The position numbers and the translations under genes are program-made. From NCBI GenBank assembly GCA_965212505.1, contig OZ243123.1, forward strand, positions 2,766,796 to 2,830,795: a DNA stretch of 64,000 nucleotides, read 5' to 3'. The stretch comes from Candidatus Multivoradales bacterium (lineage in GTDB: Bacteria; Acidobacteriota; Thermoanaerobaculia; Multivoradales; JAHEKO01). Positions 37,859-49,169 of this stretch are shown here, one piece after another (the first letter of the stretch is position 1; each line of letters starts with the position of its first letter). A model generated the notes under the pieces. It was not told where the DNA came from, made no database searches, and saw nothing but the letters and a program-made list of their open reading frames with translations.

Positions 37859-39052
37859 ATGCGACATCGCCACTCCATCGCCCCACTTCTCGCCACGATC
37901 GTCCTGGGCTGCGCCCAGGCGCCACAGGCCAGCAATTCCCAACACCCCCGCGAGGCTCGCTACCAGGCGGTCCTCGACGCAGCCGGCGAGCTCGGCTTCC
38001 CCGGCTTCGCCCTCGTCGTCGACCGGGCCGACGAACCGCTCTGGGCGAGGGCACTCGGACACGCCGACCTCCTCGGCAACCGACCACTCGAGCTCGACGA
38101 CCCGTTCCATCTCGCGAGCGTCACGAAGGCGGTCACCGCGATGACAACGCTCCGGCTCGTCGACCGTGGCGTCATCGGACTCGACGATCTCGCCTTCGAG
38201 AGTCTCGACCGTGAAGCGGTTCGTGGCGTGCCGGCGATCGAGTCCATCACGGTTCGCCAGCTGCTCGAGCACACGAGTGGACTCGGCTCGTTCAACAACA
38301 ACCTCGACTACTGGCAGCTGCTGCTCGGCTCGGACGCCTACTCCGGACGCGACTGGTCGACGGCGGAGCTGATCGACTTCATTCGCGCGACCGAACCCGC
38401 AGGCGTTCCAGGAGAGGCCTACCACTACGCCGACTCGAACTACGTACTTCTGGGTGAGCTGATCGCCGCACGAACCGACACCACCTTTCGTGATGTCGTC
38501 CGCCGCGAGGTCTTCGAGCCACTCGCCATGCAGTCGGCCGGCTTCTACTCCGAGCTCCGCTCCGGAGTCGTGCCCTCTGCGCGACCGATGGTGGAGGGCT
38601 ATCTGCTGATGTCCGACGTCATCCGGACGTTCTCGCCCCATCCCGACCTCCCGGTTGTGAGGGAAGACCTCGTCCAGGCGACCATCGCCTACGAGCGCAG
38701 CGACACTGCCGCCGGCGTCGTCGCCAGCCCACTCGACATGCGCACGTTCGGCCGAGCGCTCTTTGCCGGAGACTTCTTGTCGGCAGAGGCTCATACTCTG
38801 CTGCGAGAGCCGATCGCTATCGCCCTCGCCGGCGGCGAGGAGGGCGCCGAAGCGGCCACGATTCTGCGCGCCTATGCCAAGCCCTACGGCGTCGTCGCCA
38901 CCGCCGAGGGTGATGGCCCAGGCGGCGTCCACACACTCCTCGCCTACCACCCCGACTCGGACACGGTGGTGGTGGCGTTCGGCAATCTCTTCGGACGCTT
39001 CGACGAGTGGGAGTTCCTGCTGGAACGGGTCCTGGACGGCGTTCTCGGGTAG
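37859..39052 (+). CDS. beta-lactamase-family serine hydrolase (lipoprotein)
   Basis: 397 aa. Signal/lipobox (LLATIVLGCAQA). SxxK motif (ASVTKAVTA) and a YxN-like motif (YADSNYVLLG). Confidence 0.7.
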   Translation: MRHRHSIAPLLATIVLGCAQAPQASNSQHPREARYQAVLDAAGELGFPGFALVVDRADEPLWARALGHADLLGNRPLELDDPFHLASVTKAVTAMTTLRLVDRGVIGLDDLAFESLDREAVRGVPAIESITVRQLLEHTSGLGSFNNNLDYWQLLLGSDAYSGRDWSTAELIDFIRATEPAGVPGEAYHYADSNYVLLGELIAARTDTTFRDVVRREVFEPLAMQSAGFYSELRSGVVPSARPMVEGYLLMSDVIRTFSPHPDLPVVREDLVQATIAYERSDTAAGVVASPLDMRTFGRALFAGDFLSAEAHTLLREPIAIALAGGEEGAEAATILRAYAKPYGVVATAEGDGPGGVHTLLAYHPDSDTVVVAFGNLFGRFDEWEFLLERVLDGVLG

Positions 39053-39123
39053 CGGCTCCACCGCCAGCGTGGTGTTACCCTTACTCCTAAGTTCTCCCTA
39101 CGGACGACCGAGGAGGGGTAGGC

Positions 39124-42100
39124 ATGACGACGCTTCGAGCGCCGGGCAGGCGTGACGAGTCGCTGAAGGTTCTGCGATCCGAGGTGGCAGAGGCGCTCGG
39201 CGGCGCCAAAGTACATGACGCAGTGCGTGTCGAGTCGACCCGAGCGGACGAGCCTCCGCACGAGGTTCGGAACGTCAGCGACGCACAGATTGTCGAGATC
39301 GAACTCGAGGGTGGGCTCCGTCAGTTCCTGCGCCTCGACCAGTTCCGTGAGGACTACGGTATCGACGCGTCCCGGGACGACAGCGGTGCCCTCGAGATCC
39401 CGCCCCGGATCGGGCGGCAAGAGCGCAGTCGAGGCATCGCCTCCGACATCGCTCTCAAGGCATTCCGGCTGATCGACGTCCCGCTCGAAGAGGGCGCGGC
39501 CAGAGCGGTCGCCGCACATTTCGAGAGCAAGCTCTCACAGGGCCTCCGCCGCTGGCACGCGGACGGCGCCCTCGACGAGGAGCCGATCACGTCTCCCGGC
39601 GACCTACCTGCTGACGAGCCGCTCCTGATCTTCCTCCACGGCACCGCCTCGACGACACTAGGCAGCTTTGACGCCCTCCGGAGTGAGAGCACCGACATCT
39701 GGAGGCAACTACGTGACGAGTACGACGATCGGATACTCGGCTTCGAACACCCGACCCTGACCTCGAGCCCGATCGACAACGTCATCAAACTACTCGAGGC
39801 ACTCCCCTCCCAGGCGAGACTGCACCTGGTCTCTCACTCACGTGGCGGACTCGTGGGAGAACTGCTCTGCCGGTCGAGAGTCTTGCGTTCGGGTTCGTCT
39901 TCGAACCGGCCGTTCGACAAGGCGGACTTCGCACAGTTCGGGGAACCGAAGTACCAAGAGCAGGAGAAGGCGCTCAAGCGCCTCGACGCACTCCTGCGCG
40001 AGAAACAGCCTCGTGTGGAGCGATTCGTCCGTGTCGCCTGCCCCACGCAAGGAACCGTCCTCCTCGCGAAGCGATTGGACCGTGCGTTCTCGCTCCTGGT
40101 GAATGCGCTCACCAAGACGACGGGCCTCGACAAGGTCTTCCTGGTGGACTTCGCGACGTCTCTCGCCATGGCGACAGCCAAGGAGCGCACCAATCCCGAG
40201 ACTCTGCCGGGGATCGAGGCGATGGTGCCGGACTCCGCTCTGGTCAAGGTCCTGAATCGCGCCGACATCGAGGTCGAAGCCGACCTGTCGGTGATCGCCG
40301 GCGACATCGAGGGCGAAGGCGTCTGGCAGCGATTGAAGGTGTTCGCGACGGACCTCTTCTACTGGCAGGATCACGACCTCGTCGTCCACACGCAGTCGAT
40401 GTACGGCGGCGGCCCGCGGAGCTCAGGCGCCAGGAAAGCCTTCGAGCAGGGCAGTCATGTCGATCACTTCAGCTACTTCCGCAACAAGTCAAGCGCCGAC
40501 AAGATCCATTGGGGTCTCCGCCACGACCAGGGGGACGACGGCGATTTCAGTCCGTTGGTAGGTCCGGCTCCGGAGCCGATCCACCTCTCCGCCCTGCGGT
40601 CGGGAGAGGCACGTCAAACCGTCTTTCTCGTCCCCGGCATCATGGGTTCTCACCTATCGGTCGGCGACGAGCGGATCTGGATCGACATCAAGGAGATCGC
40701 CAAGGGGCGCCTCTCCCGGCTGAAGGCGAGCGCGCTCGGCGTCAAGCCCGACGGCCTCGTCGAGCGTTCGTACAAAGCCCTGGCGGAGCATCTGGCGAAG
40801 CGCTACGACGTCGTCCTCTTTCCCTACGACTGGCGACGTTCGCTCCTCGAGGAGGGGCGACGCCTCGCCACAGAGGTCGACGACCGTCTGCGCGGGAGCG
40901 CTCTACCGGTCTCGATCGTCGCGCACTCGATGGGCGGTCTGCTGAGTCGCGCGATGATCGCCGAAAGAGAGGACGTCTGGGGACATCTTGTCGAGCGCGG
41001 AGGTCGCCTCGTCATGCTCGGCACCCCGAACGGCGGCTCGCACACCATCAGCAGCGTCCTCCTCGGACGAGACCGCATGGTGCGCAACCTAGCGCGGCTC
41101 GACTTCAAGAACGATCGCATGGAGGTGCTCGACATCGTTCGGAGGTTCAGGGGCCTGCTCGAACTGCTCCCCTCGGAGACCGAGCCGCACGACTACCTCT
41201 CCATCGACAGATGGCGCGAGCTCCACCAGACCTGGGACCAAAAGTGGCTCCCGCCCGATGCTCCCGACCTGGAGAGCGCCGCCCGATTGCGGGAGGCCCT
41301 GAGCAACCCGGCTACGATCGCCCCGGAGAACATGTCCTACATCGCCGGCAAGGCGCCCGCGACGCCGATCTCGGTCGAGATCGATGCCGAGGCCAAGGGC
41401 AAGAAGCGCATCCGGCTCATGGCCACCGAGGAGGGCGACGGCCGAGTCCCCTGGTCGACCGGCCGGCTTCCCGGAGTGGGCACCTGGTACATGGACGTGA
41501 AGCATGGCGCCCTCGCCAGCGACAGTGAAGGTTTCGACGCGATTGTCGACCTGGTCGAGACCGGCAACACCGACAGGCTCTCGACGACGCCGGCCGTCGT
41601 CCGGGGATCGACAGAACCGTTCGAGATGCTCGAGGAGGAGGCACCGGCCTACCCGGACGAGGCCGAACTCGAGGGCTCTGCGCTCGGCTTCGACCCGAGA
41701 GCCGCCAGCAAGCGGACGGTCCATCGCATCAAAGTCACCGTCACCCACGGCGACGTTCGCTTCTCGAAACACCCGGTGCTCGTCGGCCACTACGAGGACG
41801 ACTCGATCGTCGGGGCCGAGTGGGCCTTGAACGGAGCCCTCGACGGCCGACTTCAACGACGCCGAGACTTCGGCCTCTACCCGGGCCGAATCGGCTCGAC
41901 CGAGCTGTTCTTGAAGCCTGGCGGAGAACCGCCCGGCGCAATCGTCGTTGGCCTCGGCCCGGTAGGCGAGCTGTCCCCGGGCGAGCTTCGCGGAACTCTG
42001 GCGAGCGGCCTGACGCACTTTGCGATCGAGTCCGCGGAACTGCGACCGGACATCAGCTTCCACGCACTCACCGCGACCTCGATCCTGGTGGGCTCCGGCC

Positions 42101-44427
42101 AAGGCGGTATCCCACCGGTGGCGGCGCTTCGAGCGCTCCTGGAGGCAGCGGCCGATGCCAACGACGCCCTCCGCGGCAGCGACCTCGCCGACCGGGTGAG
42201 GTTCGACAGGATCGAACTGATCGAGATCCACCAGGATCGCGCCGTACGCACCGCGAAGCAGCTGCACGACCTGGCACGGCAGAAGAGTCTCAGAGAACGC
42301 TTCGACCTCTCGACCTGGCACGTTCAGCCGGGTCGCGGCGGCTTCCACCGCATCGCGCCCCGCGACGATGCGGCCTGGTGGGACCGCCTCCAGATCAGCG
42401 AGCGCGAACGGGACGGCGTTCTGGAGTTCGTCTCGCTCACCGGAGGCACCGCCGGCGCACGGGCCTACGATCTGCCCACCCAGCGAACGAGCATCGATGC
42501 CTTCCTGAGCCGCGCCGTCCGCACGATCCACTCCGACGAGCGACTCGCGAAGACCCTGTTCCAACTCCTCGTCCCCAATCAGATCAAGGTTGCCGCGCCC
42601 GAGGAGCGCGACCTCGTGCTCGTCGTCGACGAAGCTGCAGCTCGCTATCCGTGGGAACTCCTTCAGGACGCCTCAGACAAGGCCAAGCCCTTGAGCGTTC
42701 AGGCCGGCATGATCCGCCAGATGAAGAAGTCGAGCTTCCGCGAGAACCCGCGCTTCTCGGCCGACCTCAGCGCCTTCGTCGTTGGCGACCCGCCGACAGA
42801 CGACTTCGCCAAGCTTCCCGGAGCCGCGGCCGAAGCCGAAGCCGCTGCGGCCGCACTCGAGGGCTCCGGATTTCAAGTCGAAAAGCACGTCCAGCAAGGC
42901 TTCCAGAACGTCTTGACCGGGCTGTTTGCGCATCCCTACCGAGTGCTGCACCTCGCCGGACACGGCGTCTTCGAACACGTGAGGAAGGACCCCGCACCCG
43001 GTTCCGCCGAACAGAAGGTCACCGGCATGGTGCTGAGCGACGACGTGTTTCTCACCCCGGCGGAGATCAACCAGATGCTGATCGTCCCGGAGCTGGTCTT
43101 CATCAACTGTTGCTACCTTGGGCAGGCCGGTTCACCAGGCCGTCATGGAGATCGTGATCGGTACCACCACCTGGCCGCCAACCTCGGTACGCAGCTCATC
43201 CAGATGGGCGCTCGCGCGGTGATCGCCGCCGGCTGGGCGGTCGAGGACAACGCCGCCTCGGACTTCGCCGGCACCTTCTATCGAGAGATGCTCGCCGGAG
43301 CCCGTTTCGGCCAGGCCGTGAAGACCGCACGCGAGGAGACCTACGACGCACATCGCGCCACCAACACCTGGGGCGCCTACCAATGTTACGGCGACCCGGA
43401 CTACGCCCTTCTTCCCAATCGCCGCTCGGGCAGAGCGCGAGATCCCAACCTTCGTGCGGTCGTCGAGGAAGCGGTGCTCGAACTCGGCAACCTGGCGACG
43501 AAAGCTAGCAAGAGCACGGACGAGGAGCTGGACCATCTCAAGCGACGCATCGACGAACTGTCTGACAGCCTGCCGGCAAGCTGGCTAAAGGACGCTCGAC
43601 TCTTGGAGGCGCTCGGAAAGGCGTACGGCGAGGTCAGGATGTTCAAGCGAGCGGTGGACTACTACGAGCAAGCTCGCACTCGGGAAACGGCGACACTCTC
43701 GGTCAAGTCGCTCGAGCAGCTAGCAAACCTCCGCGGCAGATGGTCAGTCGACATTTGGAAGCAAGCGTCGCGAGGCGTCGAGTCCCGCGATGCGAGCCCA
43801 CGCAGGGTGATCCAGCAGGCGCACCAGGAGATCGAGACCCTGCTCAGTTTCGGAGAGACTCGAGAGCGCTACTCACTCCTGGGTTCCGCCAGGAAGCGTC
43901 TGGCCTGGATCGAGACTGGAGCAGCTCGAGACCGGGCTCTCGAAGGGATGCGCGAAGCCTACGAAAAGGCCGAGAGCCTGGGCCGAGACAAAGAGGGCTT
44001 TCTCTACCTCTACCCGGCACTGAACGCCCTCGCAGCGCGAGTCCTGATCCATGCTCGGGGAACGGGCAGGCGCCTGCCCGACCTCGACCAGAAGCTCGAC
44101 GAGATCGAGAAGTCGATCGGAGTCACTCCGAGCGAGGCGCCGTTCTTCGACGAGATTGGGCGCGTCGACGTCCAGTTGATGCGGGCGATCGGTCACAACA
44201 ACCTGGGCCCGGACGAACGGGAGCGCCTCGCGCTCGCGTACCAGGAAGCCCAGCAGAAAGGTAAGGGCACGCCGAAGCAGTGCAGCTCGGTCCGGGAGCA
44301 CCTCGAGTTCCTCTACGAGGTGCTCGGTGAGGAAACCGGACGCATGCGCAAGACGCGTCGGCGTGAGCTGCAGCGAGGTCTGTCGGTGCTCTTGCGAGCG
44401 CTCCAGGCGAGTCCAGCCGGCTCATGA
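39124..44427 (+). CDS. giant multidomain protein (1767 aa): two lipase-like alpha/beta-hydrolase domains, a central unknown domain, a CHAT (caspase-like) protease domain and a C-terminal helical repeat region
   Basis: Strong GAGGAGGGG RBS. Domain 1: LLIFLHGTAST…LVSHSRGGLV. Domain 2: VFLVPGIMGS…YDWRRS…IVAHSMGGLLS…LGTPNGGS (PGAP1/LCAT-like). CHAT domain: VLHLAGHG…FINCCYLGQ…GARAVIAAGWAVEDNAA…YREM. No signal peptide. Confidence 0.75.
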   Translation: MTTLRAPGRRDESLKVLRSEVAEALGGAKVHDAVRVESTRADEPPHEVRNVSDAQIVEIELEGGLRQFLRLDQFREDYGIDASRDDSGALEIPPRIGRQERSRGIASDIALKAFRLIDVPLEEGAARAVAAHFESKLSQGLRRWHADGALDEEPITSPGDLPADEPLLIFLHGTASTTLGSFDALRSESTDIWRQLRDEYDDRILGFEHPTLTSSPIDNVIKLLEALPSQARLHLVSHSRGGLVGELLCRSRVLRSGSSSNRPFDKADFAQFGEPKYQEQEKALKRLDALLREKQPRVERFVRVACPTQGTVLLAKRLDRAFSLLVNALTKTTGLDKVFLVDFATSLAMATAKERTNPETLPGIEAMVPDSALVKVLNRADIEVEADLSVIAGDIEGEGVWQRLKVFATDLFYWQDHDLVVHTQSMYGGGPRSSGARKAFEQGSHVDHFSYFRNKSSADKIHWGLRHDQGDDGDFSPLVGPAPEPIHLSALRSGEARQTVFLVPGIMGSHLSVGDERIWIDIKEIAKGRLSRLKASALGVKPDGLVERSYKALAEHLAKRYDVVLFPYDWRRSLLEEGRRLATEVDDRLRGSALPVSIVAHSMGGLLSRAMIAEREDVWGHLVERGGRLVMLGTPNGGSHTISSVLLGRDRMVRNLARLDFKNDRMEVLDIVRRFRGLLELLPSETEPHDYLSIDRWRELHQTWDQKWLPPDAPDLESAARLREALSNPATIAPENMSYIAGKAPATPISVEIDAEAKGKKRIRLMATEEGDGRVPWSTGRLPGVGTWYMDVKHGALASDSEGFDAIVDLVETGNTDRLSTTPAVVRGSTEPFEMLEEEAPAYPDEAELEGSALGFDPRAASKRTVHRIKVTVTHGDVRFSKHPVLVGHYEDDSIVGAEWALNGALDGRLQRRRDFGLYPGRIGSTELFLKPGGEPPGAIVVGLGPVGELSPGELRGTLASGLTHFAIESAELRPDISFHALTATSILVGSGQGGIPPVAALRALLEAAADANDALRGSDLADRVRFDRIELIEIHQDRAVRTAKQLHDLARQKSLRERFDLSTWHVQPGRGGFHRIAPRDDAAWWDRLQISERERDGVLEFVSLTGGTAGARAYDLPTQRTSIDAFLSRAVRTIHSDERLAKTLFQLLVPNQIKVAAPEERDLVLVVDEAAARYPWELLQDASDKAKPLSVQAGMIRQMKKSSFRENPRFSADLSAFVVGDPPTDDFAKLPGAAAEAEAAAAALEGSGFQVEKHVQQGFQNVLTGLFAHPYRVLHLAGHGVFEHVRKDPAPGSAEQKVTGMVLSDDVFLTPAEINQMLIVPELVFINCCYLGQAGSPGRHGDRDRYHHLAANLGTQLIQMGARAVIAAGWAVEDNAASDFAGTFYREMLAGARFGQAVKTAREETYDAHRATNTWGAYQCYGDPDYALLPNRRSGRARDPNLRAVVEEAVLELGNLATKASKSTDEELDHLKRRIDELSDSLPASWLKDARLLEALGKAYGEVRMFKRAVDYYEQARTRETATLSVKSLEQLANLRGRWSVDIWKQASRGVESRDASPRRVIQQAHQEIETLLSFGETRERYSLLGSARKRLAWIETGAARDRALEGMREAYEKAESLGRDKEGFLYLYPALNALAARVLIHARGTGRRLPDLDQKLDEIEKSIGVTPSEAPFFDEIGRVDVQLMRAIGHNNLGPDERERLALAYQEAQQKGKGTPKQCSSVREHLEFLYEVLGEETGRMRKTRRRELQRGLSVLLRALQASPAGS

Positions 44428-44466
44428 GGCTGCGCTAGGCACGGCCGGGCGCGCTGGTTCAGCTGC

Positions 44467-46560
44467 CTACGCCGCCTTGCGTAGCGCGTCTCGCACGACG
44501 TCGAGAACGTCTCTGAGTTCAGCGAGTTCTGCGTCGGAGAGCCGGCGCTCGGCGAAGCTCTCCTCGATGTAGAGGCGGACGACGCGGCGAGTCTCCTCGG
44601 CGGCGTCGGGGCACGAGGCGAGTACCCGGCGCTCGACGTCGACCGGGCCGAGTGTTTCGGGCTGTCGCTCGAGTTCGGTGCTCCGCCGTACCAGTTCGCT
44701 GCGCAGCATGCGATAGGCGGCGGTTGCCGTCCAAGGGGTACGGGCCCGCCAGAGCCACCAGAGACCAAGGAGAGCAACCAATGCCGTCACCAACCACCGC
44801 CACGTCTCCGGCGGGGCGTTCTCGAGCGCGCCAGTCTCGGCCGCATCGGCGGCGACGGCGGCGTCCGCCTCAGACACCAACTCGTCCTCCCCGTCGAACC
44901 ACCCACGAATGCCCGAGAGGAAATCGCGCGCCCGCACGAGGAAATCGAGCTGATCGAAGAAGCCGAAGGTCAGCACATATCGATCCCAGCGGAAGAGCAC
45001 GTAGTCGTACGCCTGACTGAAGAACTGGAGCATGCCGCCGTCACCCACCTGGGGACGACCGACCGGAGGCGTCGGGTCGAAGACGCTCCACTCCTGACCG
45101 TCGACCATCGCTTCGACCCAGGCGTGAGCGTTGGTCTGGCGCACGATGTAGTAGCCCTCGAGCGGGTTGAACTCGGCTCCCAGATAGCCGCTCACCATCC
45201 TTGCGGGAATCCCCTGAGACCGGAGGAGCAGCACCATCGCGGTGGCGAAGTACTCGCAATGGCCCGACTTCTCTTCGAAGAGGAACTCCTCGATCGGGTT
45301 CTGCTGATCGCGCACTCCGAGCTCGAGCGTGTAGCTGTGCTCGCTCATCAGGTACCGCTCGAGACGCTCGGCGCGCACCCGAATCTCACCATCGCCCATG
45401 ACGTTGCCGGCCAGGGTGCGCATGCGTTCCGAGACCGCGGAGTCGTCGAGGTCCAGCTGCGAGGCGGGCGTCTCGAGCCGGACGGTCGGCCGATCGTCCC
45501 GCGCCAGGCCCACCTTGAAGTCGAAGGTTGTCGTCGGCGGCACCGGCAGGAAGACAACGCCGCTGTCGTCGAGCTGAACCGACGGGACCCAGAGGTCGAA
45601 CGCCAGGGCATTGGTGGGCAGCAGAAGCTCCCGCCCACCCTTGCTCTGCCAGACCTCGAGCCAACTTCCCGCCGAGCCCTCCCCCAGCCGGAAGAAGCCG
45701 TCCGGGCCCCGATCGAGTGGGGTCGAACTCCGTTGGCCGCGCAGCCACGCATTGCGCTGGAAGCGCCCGTAGGTCGCCGCCTTGAAGCGCATCTCGTCGG
45801 CCGCGATCTCGGGGCCCTGCTGAGAGAACCGAAGGACAACCGATCGCCCCGTCCGTACCGAGCCGATGGTGTCGAGGGTCAGCCCTCCCGCAAAGCCGCC
45901 TCCGGCACCACCCGAGGCGCTGCCCACTCCGGGGCCAAACAGGTATGGCTGCCGCAGTCGGGGCAAGAACGCGAACAGTGGGATCGAAGAGAGCAGAACC
46001 AGCAGACCCACGGCACCGATGAAGCGCTTGAGCTTCAGCTCCTGTCGCGACCTCACCATGCCGTGTTCCGCGAGCACCGCGAAACCGGTGAAGCGGATGA
46101 GAACCGTCAAGGCGCCAAAAAGGAAGACCAGCAGATAGATCGCCACCGCCGGGTTGACACTGGTGCCCATGGCGGCCAGGAACAGGAAGAAGATGGCCAG
46201 GAGCGACTGCCAGTAGTCCCGCTCCTGCTTGAGCGAAAAGAGTTTGACCACCAAGGCGAAAAGGATCAGGTGGGTCAACGAGCGCATCAACTGCTGGTGC
46301 ATCCACCAGGTCGACATCTCGTACGCCAGAACCGGTAGGTAGAGGAGACCGAGAACGTTCATGACCCAGGGCCGCAGCGGGCTGTAGGTCGCGCTCAAGA
46401 CACGCACCAGGAAGAGCGCCGTCACCAGCGTGAACGCACTTACCGAAAGCCAGCCGATGACCCCGTTGAAGGGCAACGGTAGCGGCGCCAGAAGCGCCAA
46501 CACGCCCAGCATCAGACGCTTCTCGCTCGTGAAGGCGACCGACGACGTCGATGCGCTCAT
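44467..46560 (-). CDS. transglutaminase-like membrane protein (TgpA family; DUF3488 TM domain + transglutaminase core)
   Basis: 697 aa. N-terminal ~6 TM helices. Transglutaminase core with catalytic Cys: EEKSGHCEYFATAMVLLLRSQGIPARMVSGY. Confidence 0.75.
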   Translation of the reverse strand: MSASTSSVAFTSEKRLMLGVLALLAPLPLPFNGVIGWLSVSAFTLVTALFLVRVLSATYSPLRPWVMNVLGLLYLPVLAYEMSTWWMHQQLMRSLTHLILFALVVKLFSLKQERDYWQSLLAIFFLFLAAMGTSVNPAVAIYLLVFLFGALTVLIRFTGFAVLAEHGMVRSRQELKLKRFIGAVGLLVLLSSIPLFAFLPRLRQPYLFGPGVGSASGGAGGGFAGGLTLDTIGSVRTGRSVVLRFSQQGPEIAADEMRFKAATYGRFQRNAWLRGQRSSTPLDRGPDGFFRLGEGSAGSWLEVWQSKGGRELLLPTNALAFDLWVPSVQLDDSGVVFLPVPPTTTFDFKVGLARDDRPTVRLETPASQLDLDDSAVSERMRTLAGNVMGDGEIRVRAERLERYLMSEHSYTLELGVRDQQNPIEEFLFEEKSGHCEYFATAMVLLLRSQGIPARMVSGYLGAEFNPLEGYYIVRQTNAHAWVEAMVDGQEWSVFDPTPPVGRPQVGDGGMLQFFSQAYDYVLFRWDRYVLTFGFFDQLDFLVRARDFLSGIRGWFDGEDELVSEADAAVAADAAETGALENAPPETWRWLVTALVALLGLWWLWRARTPWTATAAYRMLRSELVRRSTELERQPETLGPVDVERRVLASCPDAAEETRRVVRLYIEESFAERRLSDAELAELRDVLDVVRDALRKAA

Positions 46561-47555
46561 CGCTGCCCCCCGGTCATCGCAGCGCGGAACTCGAGCGGCG
46601 AGGGTTCGGGGCTCTCGAGCGGCCGGCGCTCCGACGGGCGCGCCTGGATCAGGGCCAGCTCCTCCAGGATTCGGAGTCGCTGCGCTTGTCCGCGCCCGAA
46701 CGGAACGATGCCCTCTCGAGTCACCAGCTGTACCTCGTGCCCGCGCTCCAGATGCTGTTCCGCTGCGCTCGCCGCCTCGCTCACCAACCGCTCGAACCGC
46801 AGTTCGGCGGAACGCTCGGAGAGCTCACCGACGGCATTGTCGAACACGATCGAGAGGCGCTCACCATGCTCCGCCTCGCGCTCCATGTAGACCATGCGCC
46901 CGGTGCGCGCGCTCTGCTTCCAGTGAATCCCGCGCGGATCGTCGCCGGGGCGGAACTCTCGCAGAGTCAAGAGCTCATGACCCCACCCCGCCTTCTGTGA
47001 CGGCTGTTCTCCGGCGCGTCCGGTCGAGGTCGGGCGCGCGTCGGCCGGTTGAATCTCGGGGAAGACCAACACCTCGAGGTCGACCGGCAGCCGCATCGAC
47101 TTGAAGATCAAGCCGAGCGGAAAGATCGAGGCCAGACGCACGCTCGAAACGGTGTGCCGGCCGCGCTCCTTGAAGAGCGTCGCCATTTGCAGCTGCCGGG
47201 TGCCACGCCGTTCGAGGCGTGGTACCAGGCGCTCCTCGCCTTCGCCGGCGGTGCTCAGGACGAGCAGACGCTTCGCCCACCAGCGGTCGGTGCTCGTCAA
47301 CTCGACCGAGAGGGAAAACGGCTGGCGGGCGTAGATCTCGTCCGGTCCGCGCACCTCGGCGCTCACATACTGCAGATTCCGGCGCGAGATCACCCCCGAG
47401 ACCGCCAACAGGCCCAGCAGCATGGCCTCGACTAGATAGAGAGCATTGTTACCGGTGTTGGCGGCCGCCAGCCCCACTACGAGAGTGAGAAAGGCGTACC
47501 AGAACCCCACCTTGGTGATGCGGATCCGGTCGAAGGCAGCGCGTCGGGAAGCCAT
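46557..47555 (-). CDS. DUF58 domain protein (vWA-like), MoxR partner
   Basis: 332 aa. Two N-terminal TM helices, then the DUF58 signature (…REFRPGDDPRGIHWKQSARTGRMVYMERE…). 4-nt overlap with tgpA. Confidence 0.75.
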   Translation of the reverse strand: MASRRAAFDRIRITKVGFWYAFLTLVVGLAAANTGNNALYLVEAMLLGLLAVSGVISRRNLQYVSAEVRGPDEIYARQPFSLSVELTSTDRWWAKRLLVLSTAGEGEERLVPRLERRGTRQLQMATLFKERGRHTVSSVRLASIFPLGLIFKSMRLPVDLEVLVFPEIQPADARPTSTGRAGEQPSQKAGWGHELLTLREFRPGDDPRGIHWKQSARTGRMVYMEREAEHGERLSIVFDNAVGELSERSAELRFERLVSEAASAAEQHLERGHEVQLVTREGIVPFGRGQAQRLRILEELALIQARPSERRPLESPEPSPLEFRAAMTGGQR

Positions 47556-47588
47556 GATTCGAGCAGGGTCGCGCCCGGCGGGCGCGTT

Positions 47589-48578
<990 letters not shown>

Positions 48579-48611
48579 CCACCTTTCTATACGCAGCTCA
48601 GCTCTTGAGCG

Positions 48612-49169
48612 TCACCCGTCGAGCCCGTCGAACTCGCGGTAGTCGCCCCGGTCCGCCTCCGCGATCGGCTGCCGGACCTCGACGAAGAAGCCGTCACCGT
48701 CCACGTAGTCGACGTCCTCGATCACGTGGCTGTACTGCGTCGGATTGGCCCGCGGCACGTTTGCCGTGTCCACCCAGAGGCGCCAGTGCCCCTTCTCGTT
48801 TTCGTTGCTGTCCACCTGGACGATGTCGACCGTCACACCTGCCAGCTGTTCGAAGCTGTCGTGCTTGACGATCAGGTCCAGGTGCACGTTCTGCACAACC
48901 TCGACCGCCGGCGGTTCGGCGTCCATCTCGTCCGTCCCGTCTCCAGCCTCTTCCTCCGCCTCCGTGGCCTCACCGTCGCCTTCAGCCATCGGATCGACCT
49001 CAGCGACCACCGGAGTCTCCTGTACGAAGAAGCCGTTCACCTCGGCGCTGTAACGGGACCGATTCTCCTCGAGCTGCTCGAGCGGGCTCTTCGACGCGCA
49101 CCCGCCGAGAATGATCAGCGCTACCGCCACCAGGGCCACAACCCTCCCAATCGTCTGCATTCGCTGCAC
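48612..49169 (-). CDS. acidic lipoprotein of unknown function
   Basis: Lipobox: ALIILGGCAS. GTG start 5 nt after an AAGGAGG SD. ATG 49160 or 49226 are possible alternatives. D/E-rich N-terminal region. Confidence 0.4.
   Translation of the reverse strand: MQRMQTIGRVVALVAVALIILGGCASKSPLEQLEENRSRYSAEVNGFFVQETPVVAEVDPMAEGDGEATEAEEEAGDGTDEMDAEPPAVEVVQNVHLDLIVKHDSFEQLAGVTVDIVQVDSNENEKGHWRLWVDTANVPRANPTQYSHVIEDVDYVDGDGFFVEVRQPIAEADRGDYREFDGLDG

Noticed and set aside
36491-39061. 856-aa minus-strand ORF antisense to the sugar transferase and beta-lactamase-family genes
   Set aside because: Spurious long antisense ORF typical of high-GC genomes. Sense-strand genes have clear family signatures.
41089-42564. 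491-aa minus-strand ORF inside the CHAT giant gene
   Set aside because: Antisense to a continuous 1767-aa ORF with a strong RBS and conserved domains. Has no motifs of its own.
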